Shown: piece by piece, positions 31,746 to 41,101 of the stretch | Layout: each line of letters starts with the position of its first letter | Position numbering within the stretch: the stretch's first letter is position 1 | Assembly: GCA_965226375.1 (NCBI GenBank) | Contig: CBDDCX010000006.1 | Span: forward strand, 480,001 to 544,000 | Direction of reading: 5' to 3' | Source of the DNA: Longimicrobiales bacterium | Lineage (GTDB): Bacteria; Gemmatimonadota; Gemmatimonadetes; Longimicrobiales; Gaopeijiaceae | DNA: 64,000 nucleotides | Position numbers and translations under genes: made by a program | The notes under the pieces: model-generated | What the model saw: only the letters and a program-made list of their open reading frames with translations | What the model was told of the DNA's origin: nothing | Databases searched by the model: none

Positions 31746-31760
31746 TGTCCTAAGTCAGAA
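31742..31760. repeat. Half copy of the same repeat at another convergent junction
   Basis: CTAGTGTCCTAAGTCAGAA versus CTAGGGTCCTGAGTCAGAA at 61756 (17 of 19 identical). Confidence 0.6.
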
Positions 31761-33530
31761 CGCCATCGCGTCGCTGGACTGTCGTCGATACAGGCGATCG
31801 TAGACCTCGCTCCTCTCGAGGAGTTCCCGGTGCGAGCCCTGGTCCACAATGGTGCCTTGGTCCAGTACGAGAATCCGGTCTGCTCGTATGACGGTCGACA
31901 AGCGGTGGGCGATAACCAGGGTCGTCAGTCCCTCCATGAGGTGCTCGAGGGCGTCCTGGACCAGCGCCTCGCTCTCGGAATCGAGGCTGCTCGACGCCTC
32001 GTCGAGGATCAGCACCCGAGGGCGCTCGAGGATGACACGGGCGATGGCCACCCGTTGACGCTGACCTGCACTGAGCGTCACCCCGCGCTCACCGACCACC
32101 TGGTCGAGCCCGTTGGGCAATCCGGCGATGAACTCGCTGGCGTGCGCGGCGCGCGCCGCCCCTTCGATCTCCGTCTCTGTGGCCTCGAGGTTGCCGTAGA
32201 TCATGTTCTCACGAAGCGTCCCGGCGAACAGCATCGGCTCCTGCGGGACGATGCCGATCTCACTCCTGAGGTCGTGAAGAGACACAGCCCGCACATCGAC
32301 GCCGTCCAGAGACACGCCACCCTCTTCCACGTCGAAGAAGCGCGGGATCAACGAAGCGAGCGTAGTCTTGCCCGCCCCGGAGCTGCCCACCAGCGCCACG
32401 GTCTCGCCCTCTTCCAGGGTGAGATCGATCCCGTCCAGGACACGTGGCAGATCCGGGCCGTAGCGGAAGGTGACCCCCTCGTACCGCACCACCCCTCGGG
32501 TCGGGCGGGGCAACGCCTTCGGGTTAGCCGGTGATTCGATGGTCACCGGGTGGTCCAGGAGCTCGAAGATACGGCGAGCCGCTCCCGCGGCCTCCTGGAG
32601 ATTCCCCCAGAAGCCGGCCAGGGAGGTAATCGCCCCAGAGATGGTCACCGCGTAAAGAAGAAACGCGACAAGCGTGCCTGGAGTCAGCTCCCCAGCCAGA
32701 ACCAGGCGCCCCCCCTCCCAGAGCACGACGACGATGGCCCCGAACGCGGCAAAGGTGATGGCCCCCGTAAGGCTCGCCCGGGCCACGGCACGCCGGAGAC
32801 CTTCGTCACGGGCGCGATTCACCTCGGTCTCGTAGGCCCGTGCTTCGTATCCCTCCCGAGTAAAGCTCTGCACGGTCCGGATCTGAGTGAACACCTGCTC
32901 CGCGCGGGACACGGCCTCGGCCAGACGATCCTGGATGTGCGTGCTCAAGTGGCGGACTCGGCGTCCGAAGAACCAGCCCACCAAAGCAGCGAAAGGAATC
33001 GCCGTAAGGGTCACCAGGGTCAACCGCGGATGGGTGATAGTGACGAGGACCAGGGCGCCGACCAGGAAGATTCCCTGACGAATGATCTCGGGCACGCCGA
33101 AACGAAGCACGTTCTGGACGAGCCCGGAGTCCGACGCGAGGCGCGAGGTGAGCTCGCCGACCCGTCTGGCAGCGAAGAAGCCGGGAGGCTGGTGTACCAA
33201 GGAAGTGAACAGGTCCCGCCTGAGATCCGCGACGACGCGTTCAGAGACTGAAGCGGTCAGATAACTCTGACTGAAATTCACCACCGCCTGCCCGGCAAAT
33301 AACACCAACAGTCCCAGTGCGACCCGATTGAGGAGGCCGGAGTCGTTCGCCAGGAAGGCGGCGTCGAGCAGTTCACGGACGACGAGCGGAAAGGCCAGAC
33401 CGACCCCCGTGCTCATGAGCATGAGCACCGCGGCGGCGGCCAGGGACATACGATAGGGGCGGACCCGTGGCGCAAGGCGCCGAAGGAAACCTACCGTCTT
33501 CTTCGGGCTCAGACGCTCCCGTGGCGGCAC
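31755..33530 (-). CDS. ABC exporter, fused permease/ATPase (MsbA-like)
   Basis: 6-TM domain, GSSGAGKTT, LSAGQRQR, LILDEASSSLD and IAHRLST motifs. Confidence 0.92.
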   Translation of the reverse strand: MPPRERLSPKKTVGFLRRLAPRVRPYRMSLAAAAVLMLMSTGVGLAFPLVVRELLDAAFLANDSGLLNRVALGLLVLFAGQAVVNFSQSYLTASVSERVVADLRRDLFTSLVHQPPGFFAARRVGELTSRLASDSGLVQNVLRFGVPEIIRQGIFLVGALVLVTITHPRLTLVTLTAIPFAALVGWFFGRRVRHLSTHIQDRLAEAVSRAEQVFTQIRTVQSFTREGYEARAYETEVNRARDEGLRRAVARASLTGAITFAAFGAIVVVLWEGGRLVLAGELTPGTLVAFLLYAVTISGAITSLAGFWGNLQEAAGAARRIFELLDHPVTIESPANPKALPRPTRGVVRYEGVTFRYGPDLPRVLDGIDLTLEEGETVALVGSSGAGKTTLASLIPRFFDVEEGGVSLDGVDVRAVSLHDLRSEIGIVPQEPMLFAGTLRENMIYGNLEATETEIEGAARAAHASEFIAGLPNGLDQVVGERGVTLSAGQRQRVAIARVILERPRVLILDEASSSLDSESEALVQDALEHLMEGLTTLVIAHRLSTVIRADRILVLDQGTIVDQGSHRELLERSEVYDRLYRRQSSDAMAF

Positions 33531-33629
33531 GGAGATGTCCTCATCTCTCTCGGATCCATGAAATAGGCCGGTAATTCATTAGTTTTCCTGGGGCCAATCC
33601 CCGGCCAATGATATGAACGACGATCCGGA

Positions 33630-34577
33630 ATGAACACCGTGCATCATCATAGAGGCTTCTTCGTCACAACGGTCTGGACCCTGGGGCTCCTATTCCTGGG
33701 AAGCGTCGTCCACGCCACCGAATCGAGTCTCGCGTGCCCGGACTGGCCCACCTGTTACGGGACCATGGTTCCCGAGATGACCGGCGGGGTTTTTTGGGAG
33801 CATCTGCATCGACTGGTCGCGGGCGGTCTGGTGCTCATATTCGCCGCCACGACCTACGTGGGATGGAAGCCCGAAGCACGCCGCCCGGCCATCAGGAAGT
33901 GGGCCCTCGCGGGCATCGCTTTGCTCATCGTCCAGAGCGTCTTTGGCGGACTCACGGTCCTCATGCGACTCCCGGACGCCGTCTCCACGACGCATCTGGC
34001 GCTGGCGTTCCTCTTCCTGGCACTCGCGACGGGCCTGACGGTGGTGACCTCGCCACGTTGGATATCGGGAGACGGTCCGGCGGAGGGCCTGGTGGGGCTT
34101 CGCAAGATCGCTCTCGCGGGGGCGGTTCTCACCTTCCTGCAGTCGGTCCTGGGCGCGGCCGTACGGCACATGGATGCCGGCTTGGTGTGCCCGGACGTCC
34201 CCCTGTGCCTAGGTCAGTGGGTTCCGCCTCTGCAGACCGCGACCGTGGCGGTCCACTTCGGGCACAGAGTGGTCGGAATCCTGCTGCTGATGTCCCTCAT
34301 GATCCTTACGGTTCGGGCGATTAGGGAACTCGGCCCGTCTGTGGCCAGGACGCTCGCCGTATCGGCGGGAGCCGTCGTGATCACTCAGGTCATGCTGGGG
34401 TTCCTCTCGGTGTACACGCGCCTGGCGGTTATCCCCGTATCGCTCCACACGCTGCTTGCGGCGACCATCCTGACCCTCACGGTCGCTGTGGCGGTGATGA
34501 CATGGGCTCCCCGGATAGGTGACTCCCCTACCGCCGACGTCACAGCTGGAAGCGCGTCCGTGGCAGCAGGGCACTAG
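33630..34577 (+). CDS. ctaA: Heme A synthase, COX15/CtaA family
   Basis: LACPDWPTCYG, WEHLHR, second CPDVPLC and conserved His in TM helices. Confidence 0.88.
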   Translation: MNTVHHHRGFFVTTVWTLGLLFLGSVVHATESSLACPDWPTCYGTMVPEMTGGVFWEHLHRLVAGGLVLIFAATTYVGWKPEARRPAIRKWALAGIALLIVQSVFGGLTVLMRLPDAVSTTHLALAFLFLALATGLTVVTSPRWISGDGPAEGLVGLRKIALAGAVLTFLQSVLGAAVRHMDAGLVCPDVPLCLGQWVPPLQTATVAVHFGHRVVGILLLMSLMILTVRAIRELGPSVARTLAVSAGAVVITQVMLGFLSVYTRLAVIPVSLHTLLAATILTLTVAVAVMTWAPRIGDSPTADVTAGSASVAAGH

Positions 34578-34620
34578 AGGTCGGTCAAGACCGGACCCCT
34601 GGAGGCACGCGACTCCAGGT

Positions 34621-35370
34621 TCAGGCCAACGGGACGGCGATCTCTACCTCGGCACCTCCTTCGGTGCGGTTGCGCAGATGGATTCGCCCGGCCTGTAGCT
34701 CCACGGCCCGTCGTGCATGCGAGAGGCCCAATCCGAGCCCATCCTTGCTCGTCGTATAGAAGGGGTCGTACGCCCGGGACAAAGCCTCTGCCGTGAACCC
34801 CGGCCCGTCATCCTGGACGAGCACCCGACCCCACTCGTCATCGGCGGAAACCGTCACGACCACTCCCTTGCCCTCCCCGAACACCGTGGAGTTGTGGAGA
34901 ATGAGGTAGAGCGCATCGAGCAGGGCCTCGCTATTTACGTGGACGGGAACCGACCCCTTGGCGGACACCATGACCGACAGGTCCCAGTCGGCCTCGAAGT
35001 CGCGAACGGCCTCCTTGGCGATGTCCAACAGATCTTCTTCGCCTATTTCGTCCGAAGGAGCCTCGAGAAAGAAGTGGAGATCGTCGACCGCAGCGACCGC
35101 TTGCTCCGCAGCTTTTCTGAGCGACAGTCTCCGGTCTTTGAACGCCGCCGCCAGCGGAGCATCCACGTTCTCACGCAGGTATCCGCCGATCCGGGAAAGG
35201 GCGAGATGACAAGCCTCGTCGGGGCCGCTACCCTCGGGCGAGGAAGTGGGAGCGGACCCGGCCCCCCGAGCAGGCCCCCCCTTTGGCCGACTCGAACTCC
35301 TTCCGACGAAGAAGCCAACCAAAGCTGCCACCAGGGCAGCGATCACCGATACCGCCGACAACCCGTCCAT
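34621..35370 (-). CDS. Membrane-anchored histidine-kinase-like ATPase lacking a recognisable H-box
   Basis: N-terminal TM; N box LILHNS, G1 DDGPG, F box DPFYTT and G2 GLGLGL present. The H-box position reads IGGYLRENVDAPL. Confidence 0.75.
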   Translation of the reverse strand: MDGLSAVSVIAALVAALVGFFVGRSSSRPKGGPARGAGSAPTSSPEGSGPDEACHLALSRIGGYLRENVDAPLAAAFKDRRLSLRKAAEQAVAAVDDLHFFLEAPSDEIGEEDLLDIAKEAVRDFEADWDLSVMVSAKGSVPVHVNSEALLDALYLILHNSTVFGEGKGVVVTVSADDEWGRVLVQDDGPGFTAEALSRAYDPFYTTSKDGLGLGLSHARRAVELQAGRIHLRNRTEGGAEVEIAVPLA

Positions 35371-35442
35371 GTGCCTCCGTACTCGGGCTCGCCAGGTGCA
35401 GCGGACCCGTGTGATGTATTGAGAACCTACGCAGCAGGTCCC

Positions 35443-36093
35443 TCATCGAGGAGGAACTTGCTCGACTCCTCCCTGGATTCCCCACCGACAAAAGGCGTCA
35501 CCCCGTGCCTCACACGCCAGATGATCGACAACCGGCGCCCCGTGAATGGTCGCTCCCAAGACCGCAGAGCAGAGGCCCGATACCAGGCGACACGCATCGC
35601 CGCCGGGATCGGCCTGCATGAACAGTAGCGCTCGGCCTTCCATCGTAAACCCACCGCCGGCGAAGCCCCCTATGCGTCTTCCGAACAGCGCCTTGAGCCG
35701 ACGACGTACGCGCCTACGAGCCAGAGCCACCGCCAACCCGCGGGGCATGAACCGGGATCGTCGATCAGTGGATCTGTTCGCGAGCCTCTTTCCGCACTCG
35801 AAGAACACCTCTTCAGAGTCGGGTCTCTTGATCACGAGACCCACCAGATTGCTGAACTCATGATCCGAGATCTTCCGCCCGAGCTTCACCTCGTCCTGAT
35901 AGTTGCGGATCTGACGTTCCACGACATCGCTCAACCCCAGCCTGCGGGGCATTGTGATCGACGTGTCCTCCTCCTCGAACACCTCGGAGGGCCGATCATG
36001 CGTCTGGATGACCTCGAGCAGCGTGAGGGCGACCACAGCCGATACGCGGCGGCGTCCGTTGGCAGCAGCAGGGGGAGTCTGGCCGTGGTCCAT
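35443..36093 (-). CDS. Hypothetical protein with V4R-like C-terminal Cys motif
   Basis: DPGGDACRLVSG...HLACEARGDAFCRW matches the V4R C...C(x6)C pattern; ATG 36093 chosen as start. Confidence 0.65.
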   Translation of the reverse strand: MDHGQTPPAAANGRRRVSAVVALTLLEVIQTHDRPSEVFEEEDTSITMPRRLGLSDVVERQIRNYQDEVKLGRKISDHEFSNLVGLVIKRPDSEEVFFECGKRLANRSTDRRSRFMPRGLAVALARRRVRRRLKALFGRRIGGFAGGGFTMEGRALLFMQADPGGDACRLVSGLCSAVLGATIHGAPVVDHLACEARGDAFCRWGIQGGVEQVPPR

Positions 36094-36312
36094 CGCGGTG
36101 GTTTCGTGGTTACCGGTCTTCGAGGGAATCGGTGACAGCCTCAGATGCGTACGGTCAGGGAGGCGGTCGCTGCGGCTAATCTCGCTGAGCATCTGCCACC
36201 CGGCAACGCACCCGCGTCGCGGCTCGATATCGAGTCCGTACCGATATGAGAGTGACATCGCAGCACGCGGCTCGTATATAGTCTTCAACACCACCGACGA
36301 ATAAGGCATATG

Positions 36313-37340
36313 GGGTATTGCCTTAAGTCCACCGCCCACTACATGTTGTGGTCATGGCGGTTCCGGCTTCTCAGCTCCGTGGCGGCGTGGACTATCCCCG
36401 TACGCGGCTGGAGTTGGACGAGTTCTTCCCCGACGATGCGGCATGCCTGGAGTACGTGGAGGGTCTGCGCTGGCCGGAAGGGTTTGTGTGCGTGGGCTGT
36501 GGCGGGTTGGGAGAGGTCTGGCGAGCATCGCGGGGGCGTCTCGTCTGCCCACACTGTCGAAGGCAGACCTCGGTGCTGGCGGGAACCGTGTTCCACCGCA
36601 CGCGCTCGCCCCTGCGTCTGTGGTTTCTCGCTGCCTGGGAGCTCACGAGCCAGAAATACGGAGCCAATGCTCTCGGGCTCCAGCGCGTGCTCGGACTGGG
36701 AAGCTACAAGACAGCGTGGGTCTGGCTCCACAAGCTCCGCCGGGCCATGGTCCGACCGGATCGCGACCAGCTGAGCGGCGTTGTGCAAGTGGACGAGAGC
36801 TATGTCGGGGGCGTGGAGGCTGGAGTGCGGGGCCGCGAGACGATCAAGAAGGCCATCGTCGCGATCGCCGCCGAGGTCGACGGACGCAAGATCGGGAGAA
36901 TACGGCTGCGTTGGGTGCCCGACCTCTCCGCTCCGGTTCTGCGAGGCTTCGTCAAGGATAGCATCGCACCGGCAAGCACGGTGCATACCGACGGATGGCC
37001 AAGCTATCAGGGACTCGCCAAACTGGGCTTTCGCCACACGGTCACGAACCTCTCGACCTCCGGCGATCCCGCTCACGTGCTCATGTCGGCCGTACATCGG
37101 GTGGCGTCTCTCCTCAAGCGCTGGGTCCTCGGAACCCTCCAAGGAGGGATCGCCCGCGAACACCTCCCCTACTATCTGGACGAGTTCACCTTTCGCTTCA
37201 ACCGACGCACATCCCGGGCTCGCGGCCTGTTGTTCTACCGCTTGCTTGAGCAGGCTGTTCAGTGTGCTCCCACGCCAGCTTCGGCCCTTTACCTCGGCAC
37301 CGGACGTGGGAAACGGCCCGCAGAGCCCCGGTAACCACTA
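36313..37340 (+). mobile_element. IS1595-family insertion sequence, right end apparently truncated
   Basis: Putative left end GGGTATTGCCTTAAGTCC...CCACTACATGTTGTGGT precedes the transposase; only ACCACTA (37334-37340) of the matching inverted end is present. Confidence 0.75.
36354..37334 (+). CDS. IS1595-family (ISXO2-like) DDE transposase
   Basis: RWPEGFVCVGC...CPHC zinc ribbon, VQVDESYVGG, VHTDGWPSY and YYLDEFTFRFNRR motifs. Confidence 0.93.
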   Translation: MAVPASQLRGGVDYPRTRLELDEFFPDDAACLEYVEGLRWPEGFVCVGCGGLGEVWRASRGRLVCPHCRRQTSVLAGTVFHRTRSPLRLWFLAAWELTSQKYGANALGLQRVLGLGSYKTAWVWLHKLRRAMVRPDRDQLSGVVQVDESYVGGVEAGVRGRETIKKAIVAIAAEVDGRKIGRIRLRWVPDLSAPVLRGFVKDSIAPASTVHTDGWPSYQGLAKLGFRHTVTNLSTSGDPAHVLMSAVHRVASLLKRWVLGTLQGGIAREHLPYYLDEFTFRFNRRTSRARGLLFYRLLEQAVQCAPTPASALYLGTGRGKRPAEPR

Positions 37341-37511
37341 TTGGAGTGTGACGGGAATCGTGCGGCCACCCTGGGGGGGCTGGTTTCGAGCCGCGACGAC
37401 CGTTCCTTCATTCGCCCTTTGTCGTTCTTGTTTGTTCCCTCCCCCGGATCTTTTTAGTTTTGGTCCGGCACCCGCCCGAACAGACACCCGCACCGATCCG
37501 GACCTTCACCT

Positions 37512-38630
37512 GTGAAACGGTACGCGACCTACGATCCGCCGGAATACCTGGAGTGGACTCCGGATCCGGGTGACATCGAAGGGTACGAGCGCGCCGTCCT
37601 CGACGACGGCGCACGGGCCCCGATCATCAAAGAGCTCGACGAGGCGCGGCTTTGTGCACTGTACCGCGACCTTCTCCTGACACGCCTGCACGATATCGGA
37701 CTCAAGCGATGGGTGCGACAGGGTGTGCTTTCCAAGGCGTGGCTTGGCACCGGGGAAGAAGCGGTCACGGTGGGCTCGGTCTCGGCGCTCGACCGCGAGA
37801 GAGACGTGGTCTGCCCCATGATCCGGAATGCAGGGGCCTGCCACATGATGGGCATGCCTATGGCCGAGCTGTTCAGGGCCTATCTGGCCACCGCCGACTC
37901 ACCCAGTGGGGGGCGGGACCTCCATGCCGGCGATGCTTCGGTGGGGGTCATACAACCCATCAGCCACATGGGCACAAGCGTGCCCGTCATGGCCGGAGTG
38001 GCACTCGCCTTCAAGCAGCGGAACGAAGATCGCGTCGCCATGACCTGGGTGGGCGACGGGGCGACCCGCACCGCAGCGTGCCACGAGGGCATGAATTTCG
38101 CTGCGGTTCAAGATGTTCCAGCGGTGTTCGTGATACAGAACAACCAAGTCGCCCTGGGCACACGACTCGACCAACATGGCGTCGGGGACCTGGCGTACTG
38201 GCCTGATATGTACGGCATCCCGTCGTGGACAGCCGACGGTAACAACCTGCTGGACGTATATGCGGCTACGACCCTGGCCGTGCGCCGGTGCCGGGAGGGT
38301 CAAGGACCGGCCATCGTGCTGGCCGAGACCTTCCGCATGGGCGGCCATGCCACCCATGATGAGGGTGAGGCCCGCGCCACGTTTTCGCCGGAGATGTTCG
38401 AGGCCTGGGGGCGCCGCGATCCCGTGGGGCTCTTCGAGGAGTTCCTAAAGAGCAAGGGAATCTCCGAGGCACGACTGACCGCGATCGAGGATGAAGCAGT
38501 CGCCCTCGTGGACGCGGCCGCACAGGATTCTCTGAGTTCGCGGCAAGACCTCCCGGAGCCCGAGCAGGCGCTGTACTCAGGCTTCTCGGAGGGGGGTCGC
38601 TTGTTTACCCTCGCTCGCCGGCCGGTCTGA
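37512..38630 (+). CDS. TPP-dependent 2-oxoacid dehydrogenase E1 alpha subunit
   Basis: GTGEEA, GDGAT...NN TPP motif, DGNN and FRMGGHATHD. Confidence 0.88.
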   Translation: MKRYATYDPPEYLEWTPDPGDIEGYERAVLDDGARAPIIKELDEARLCALYRDLLLTRLHDIGLKRWVRQGVLSKAWLGTGEEAVTVGSVSALDRERDVVCPMIRNAGACHMMGMPMAELFRAYLATADSPSGGRDLHAGDASVGVIQPISHMGTSVPVMAGVALAFKQRNEDRVAMTWVGDGATRTAACHEGMNFAAVQDVPAVFVIQNNQVALGTRLDQHGVGDLAYWPDMYGIPSWTADGNNLLDVYAATTLAVRRCREGQGPAIVLAETFRMGGHATHDEGEARATFSPEMFEAWGRRDPVGLFEEFLKSKGISEARLTAIEDEAVALVDAAAQDSLSSRQDLPEPEQALYSGFSEGGRLFTLARRPV

Positions 38631-38669
38631 CCCTTGTAGGTAAGTACCCGAGCCAGCATATTTCAAACT

Positions 38670-38689
38670 GAAAGTGAGAATCATTATCG
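38670..38689. promoter_or_regulatory. Fur-box-like site upstream of the ECF sigma factor
   Basis: GAAAGTGAGAATCATTATC (38670-38688) matches the E. coli Fur consensus GATAATGATAATCATTATC at 16 of 19 positions, in GC-rich DNA. Confidence 0.65.
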
Positions 38690-38753
38690 GTAATCCTCGT
38701 GAATGCGGTGACTCCGAAATTCTCACTGACGGCCCTACCTAACCGGAACGCGC

Positions 38754-39386
38754 ATGGTAAAGCCGAATATGACCGATCAGTTCGCGACCTACCTGGCAGA
38801 GGAACCCCTCGCGCAGCTCAGTGACGAGGATCTCGTGACTGCGCACCTTCAGGGTCGAATGGGGGCTTTCGCGGGCCTCTACGAACGCTATCACGACCGC
38901 CTGGTCCACTTCGTCACGCGCAAGACCGGTGACAGCGACAGGGCACAGGATCTCGTCCAGGAGGCCTTCATTCGGGTGACTCGACACCTCCATCGGTTCG
39001 ACACGACGAAGAAGTTCTCCACGTGGGTGTACACCATCGCCAGCAACCTCTCCAAGAACGAGCTGCGCAATCGATCCCGCAGTCCTCTCATCCTCTTCCA
39101 GCGGCTCACCGGTAACTGGGACGACGACCATCGGCCCCTGCAGTTTGAGGACTTCCGGATGAGGCCCGACGATCTCTACAGGAAACGGTACCTGAGACGC
39201 CTGGTGGAGGACACCGTGGAGGAACTGCCGGAGCACCACCGGTTGGTGTTCAGGCTCCGTGAGCTCGAGGGAAAGAGCTACGAGGAGATCGCCGAGATCA
39301 CCGGGGTCAACCTCGGAACCGTGAAGAGTCGGCTGCATCGCGCCAGGAACTCATTCGCCCAGCGGATAGAGCCCTTCCTCAACTAG
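38754..39386 (+). CDS. ECF (sigma-70 group 4) RNA polymerase sigma factor, RpoE-like
   Basis: AQDLVQEAFIR, FSTWVYTIASN and GKSYEEIAEITGVNLGTVKSRLHRAR motifs. Confidence 0.93.
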   Translation: MVKPNMTDQFATYLAEEPLAQLSDEDLVTAHLQGRMGAFAGLYERYHDRLVHFVTRKTGDSDRAQDLVQEAFIRVTRHLHRFDTTKKFSTWVYTIASNLSKNELRNRSRSPLILFQRLTGNWDDDHRPLQFEDFRMRPDDLYRKRYLRRLVEDTVEELPEHHRLVFRLRELEGKSYEEIAEITGVNLGTVKSRLHRARNSFAQRIEPFLN

Positions 39387-39410
39387 GGCCGATTCTCCAC
39401 AATTAGGACC

Positions 39411-40072
39411 ATGTTCGACAACCTACGCCGAGCCTTCCGAGAAGCCGTCGACAATTTCAAGGAAGAGTTGGACCGCGATGACGTACCGGAGGCGGTAGAT
39501 GATCTCCTCCGGGCGATGAAGCGCGAAGCCGCCGACACCCAGGCCGAACCCAACGGCTGGAGGCGGCCATCAAAAAGGCCATCGACGCCACCGACACGGA
39601 AGAGCGCCAGGGAGAGACGTGCAGGCGTCGCGAAAAGATGGCCTCCGAGATCGGCGACGAAGAGACCGCACGGGTGGCGCGGGAATACGCCGAGAAGCAT
39701 GAGCACCGTCGTGACGTCCATGAACAGAAGGCCCTCGCCCTCAAGAAAGAGCTGGACATGCGTCGGAGCGAGTTCAAGGAGATGATCGCGGCCATCAAGG
39801 ACGCCGAGAAGAACCGGGACACGCTCACGGCTACGGCAGGGCGGGCCACAGCTCGAAATTCCATTGAAGGTGCAGACGATCTGTTCGCGGAGTTGGACCG
39901 AATCGCGGATGACTTAGAGGACGACGATGCCCAGCGAGAGGCTCAGATAGAAGTGAACGAGGCATTGGACGACGATCCACTGGATGAGTTCCGATCGGCT
40001 CCCGAGCCGCCTCCCATGGACGTCGACGCCCGGTTGGACGCGCTAAAGCGCGCCATGGGGAAGGAAGACTAG
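39411..40072 (+). pseudogene. PspA/IM30-like coiled-coil protein split by a one-base frameshift at about 39548 (real lesion or sequencing error)
   Basis: GCC GAA CC CAA CGG CTG: restoring one base joins MFDNLRRAFREAVDNF...ADTQAE to QRLEAAIKKA...GDEETARVA...DVDARLDALKRAMGKED. Confidence 0.65.
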
Positions 40073-40075
40073 AGT

Positions 40076-40585
40076 CTAGTCCAGGTCCAACTCTTCGCCC
40101 GCCTCGGCCAACTCACGGAAAAACAACAAGCCCGCGCACTCCCCTGCGAGAAACAGCAGATCCTCCCGCGTTCCCGACATCACGGATTCGTGGGTATCAC
40201 CGAGATCATCAAGAACCAGAAACCAATTCTTTCCTCTTCGGTTCCCGAGGAATACCGCCACCGTGTCGCCGTCCTCGAGAACTGTGGGTGCTTCGCCACC
40301 GATATCACTTTGGATGGTTGGAAGCGTGAAGGCGGTCCGAGCGGGCTCCGCCGCCAGATCCAGGACGAAGAGAGCCTCGGGCTCGGTGTCGCCCTGTCCG
40401 GCGACCGAGACCAACCCGCCCCTCCCGCCTCCGACTAGGTAGATCGAGCGCCATATCGGTAGCGCAAAGCGTGTTCGCTCCCCCTCGCCACCCCAGACGG
40501 AGAAGTTACTGCGTGAGCCTGCCTGCTCCCCGTCAGCCGGGGTTCGGCCCATATACTTGGTCAGATCGATGACGTCGTCGTTCAC
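40076..40585 (-). CDS. Hypothetical protein, possibly a degenerate GAF-like fold
   Basis: Uninterrupted ORF with globular composition ending REDLLFLAGECAGLL; start uncertain (GTG 40585 chosen, the ORF opens at 40675). Confidence 0.6.
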   Translation of the reverse strand: MNDDVIDLTKYMGRTPADGEQAGSRSNFSVWGGEGERTRFALPIWRSIYLVGGGRGGLVSVAGQGDTEPEALFVLDLAAEPARTAFTLPTIQSDIGGEAPTVLEDGDTVAVFLGNRRGKNWFLVLDDLGDTHESVMSGTREDLLFLAGECAGLLFFRELAEAGEELDLD

Positions 40586-40792
40586 GATCGAACCGTAGAC
40601 CCGCAGGCTCTGGGGCGCAATGCGATCCGAGCGAGGTCGACCGAGTCCCTCGGGCTCAAGACTCTCAGGGTCCAACCCTGGAGCTCAGCGGTGGAGCTCA
40701 GCGGTGGCGCGGACCGACGGATTTCTTAGATTCTCCTCCTTGAGGCCTCGGCCTCTGACGTTGAGACCACGCTTGACCCCAAACGGTGACCA

Positions 40793-41071
40793 ATGGAGAA
40801 CTGGATCGGCATCGGCATATGGATCGTGATGGGGGCCTTTGTCGGCCTTCTCATGCGTATGGCTATCAAACGACCGGAGGAGACCTCCGGGCACGTCCCG
40901 GTCCTCATGGTGCTCGGCGCCTTCGGTGCCGTCATCGGAGGCATGCTGGGAGTCGGCATATTCGAGTTCGACGATCCCCTGGCGCTGAGCGCCGGCGGAA
41001 TGGGCGGTGCTCTGGCGTTGTCCGCGTTGATGAGTTTCGTCTACCGGTGGGGCATTCGCGGTCTCATCTGA
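40793..41071 (+). CDS. Small 3-TM membrane protein, GlsB/YeaQ/YmgE-like
   Basis: WIVMGAFVGLL and LGAFGAVIGGMLG glycine-zipper helices. Confidence 0.7.
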   Translation: MENWIGIGIWIVMGAFVGLLMRMAIKRPEETSGHVPVLMVLGAFGAVIGGMLGVGIFEFDDPLALSAGGMGGALALSALMSFVYRWGIRGLI

Positions 41072-41101
41072 CGGGTCGACAAATTACGTGTTCTATGTTC
41101 G

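Noticed and set aside
35443..36339. Extended 298-aa version of the V4R-like ORF reaching into the IS end
   Set aside because: The extra N-terminus overlaps the IS left end and looks non-protein-like; ATG 36093 is preferred.
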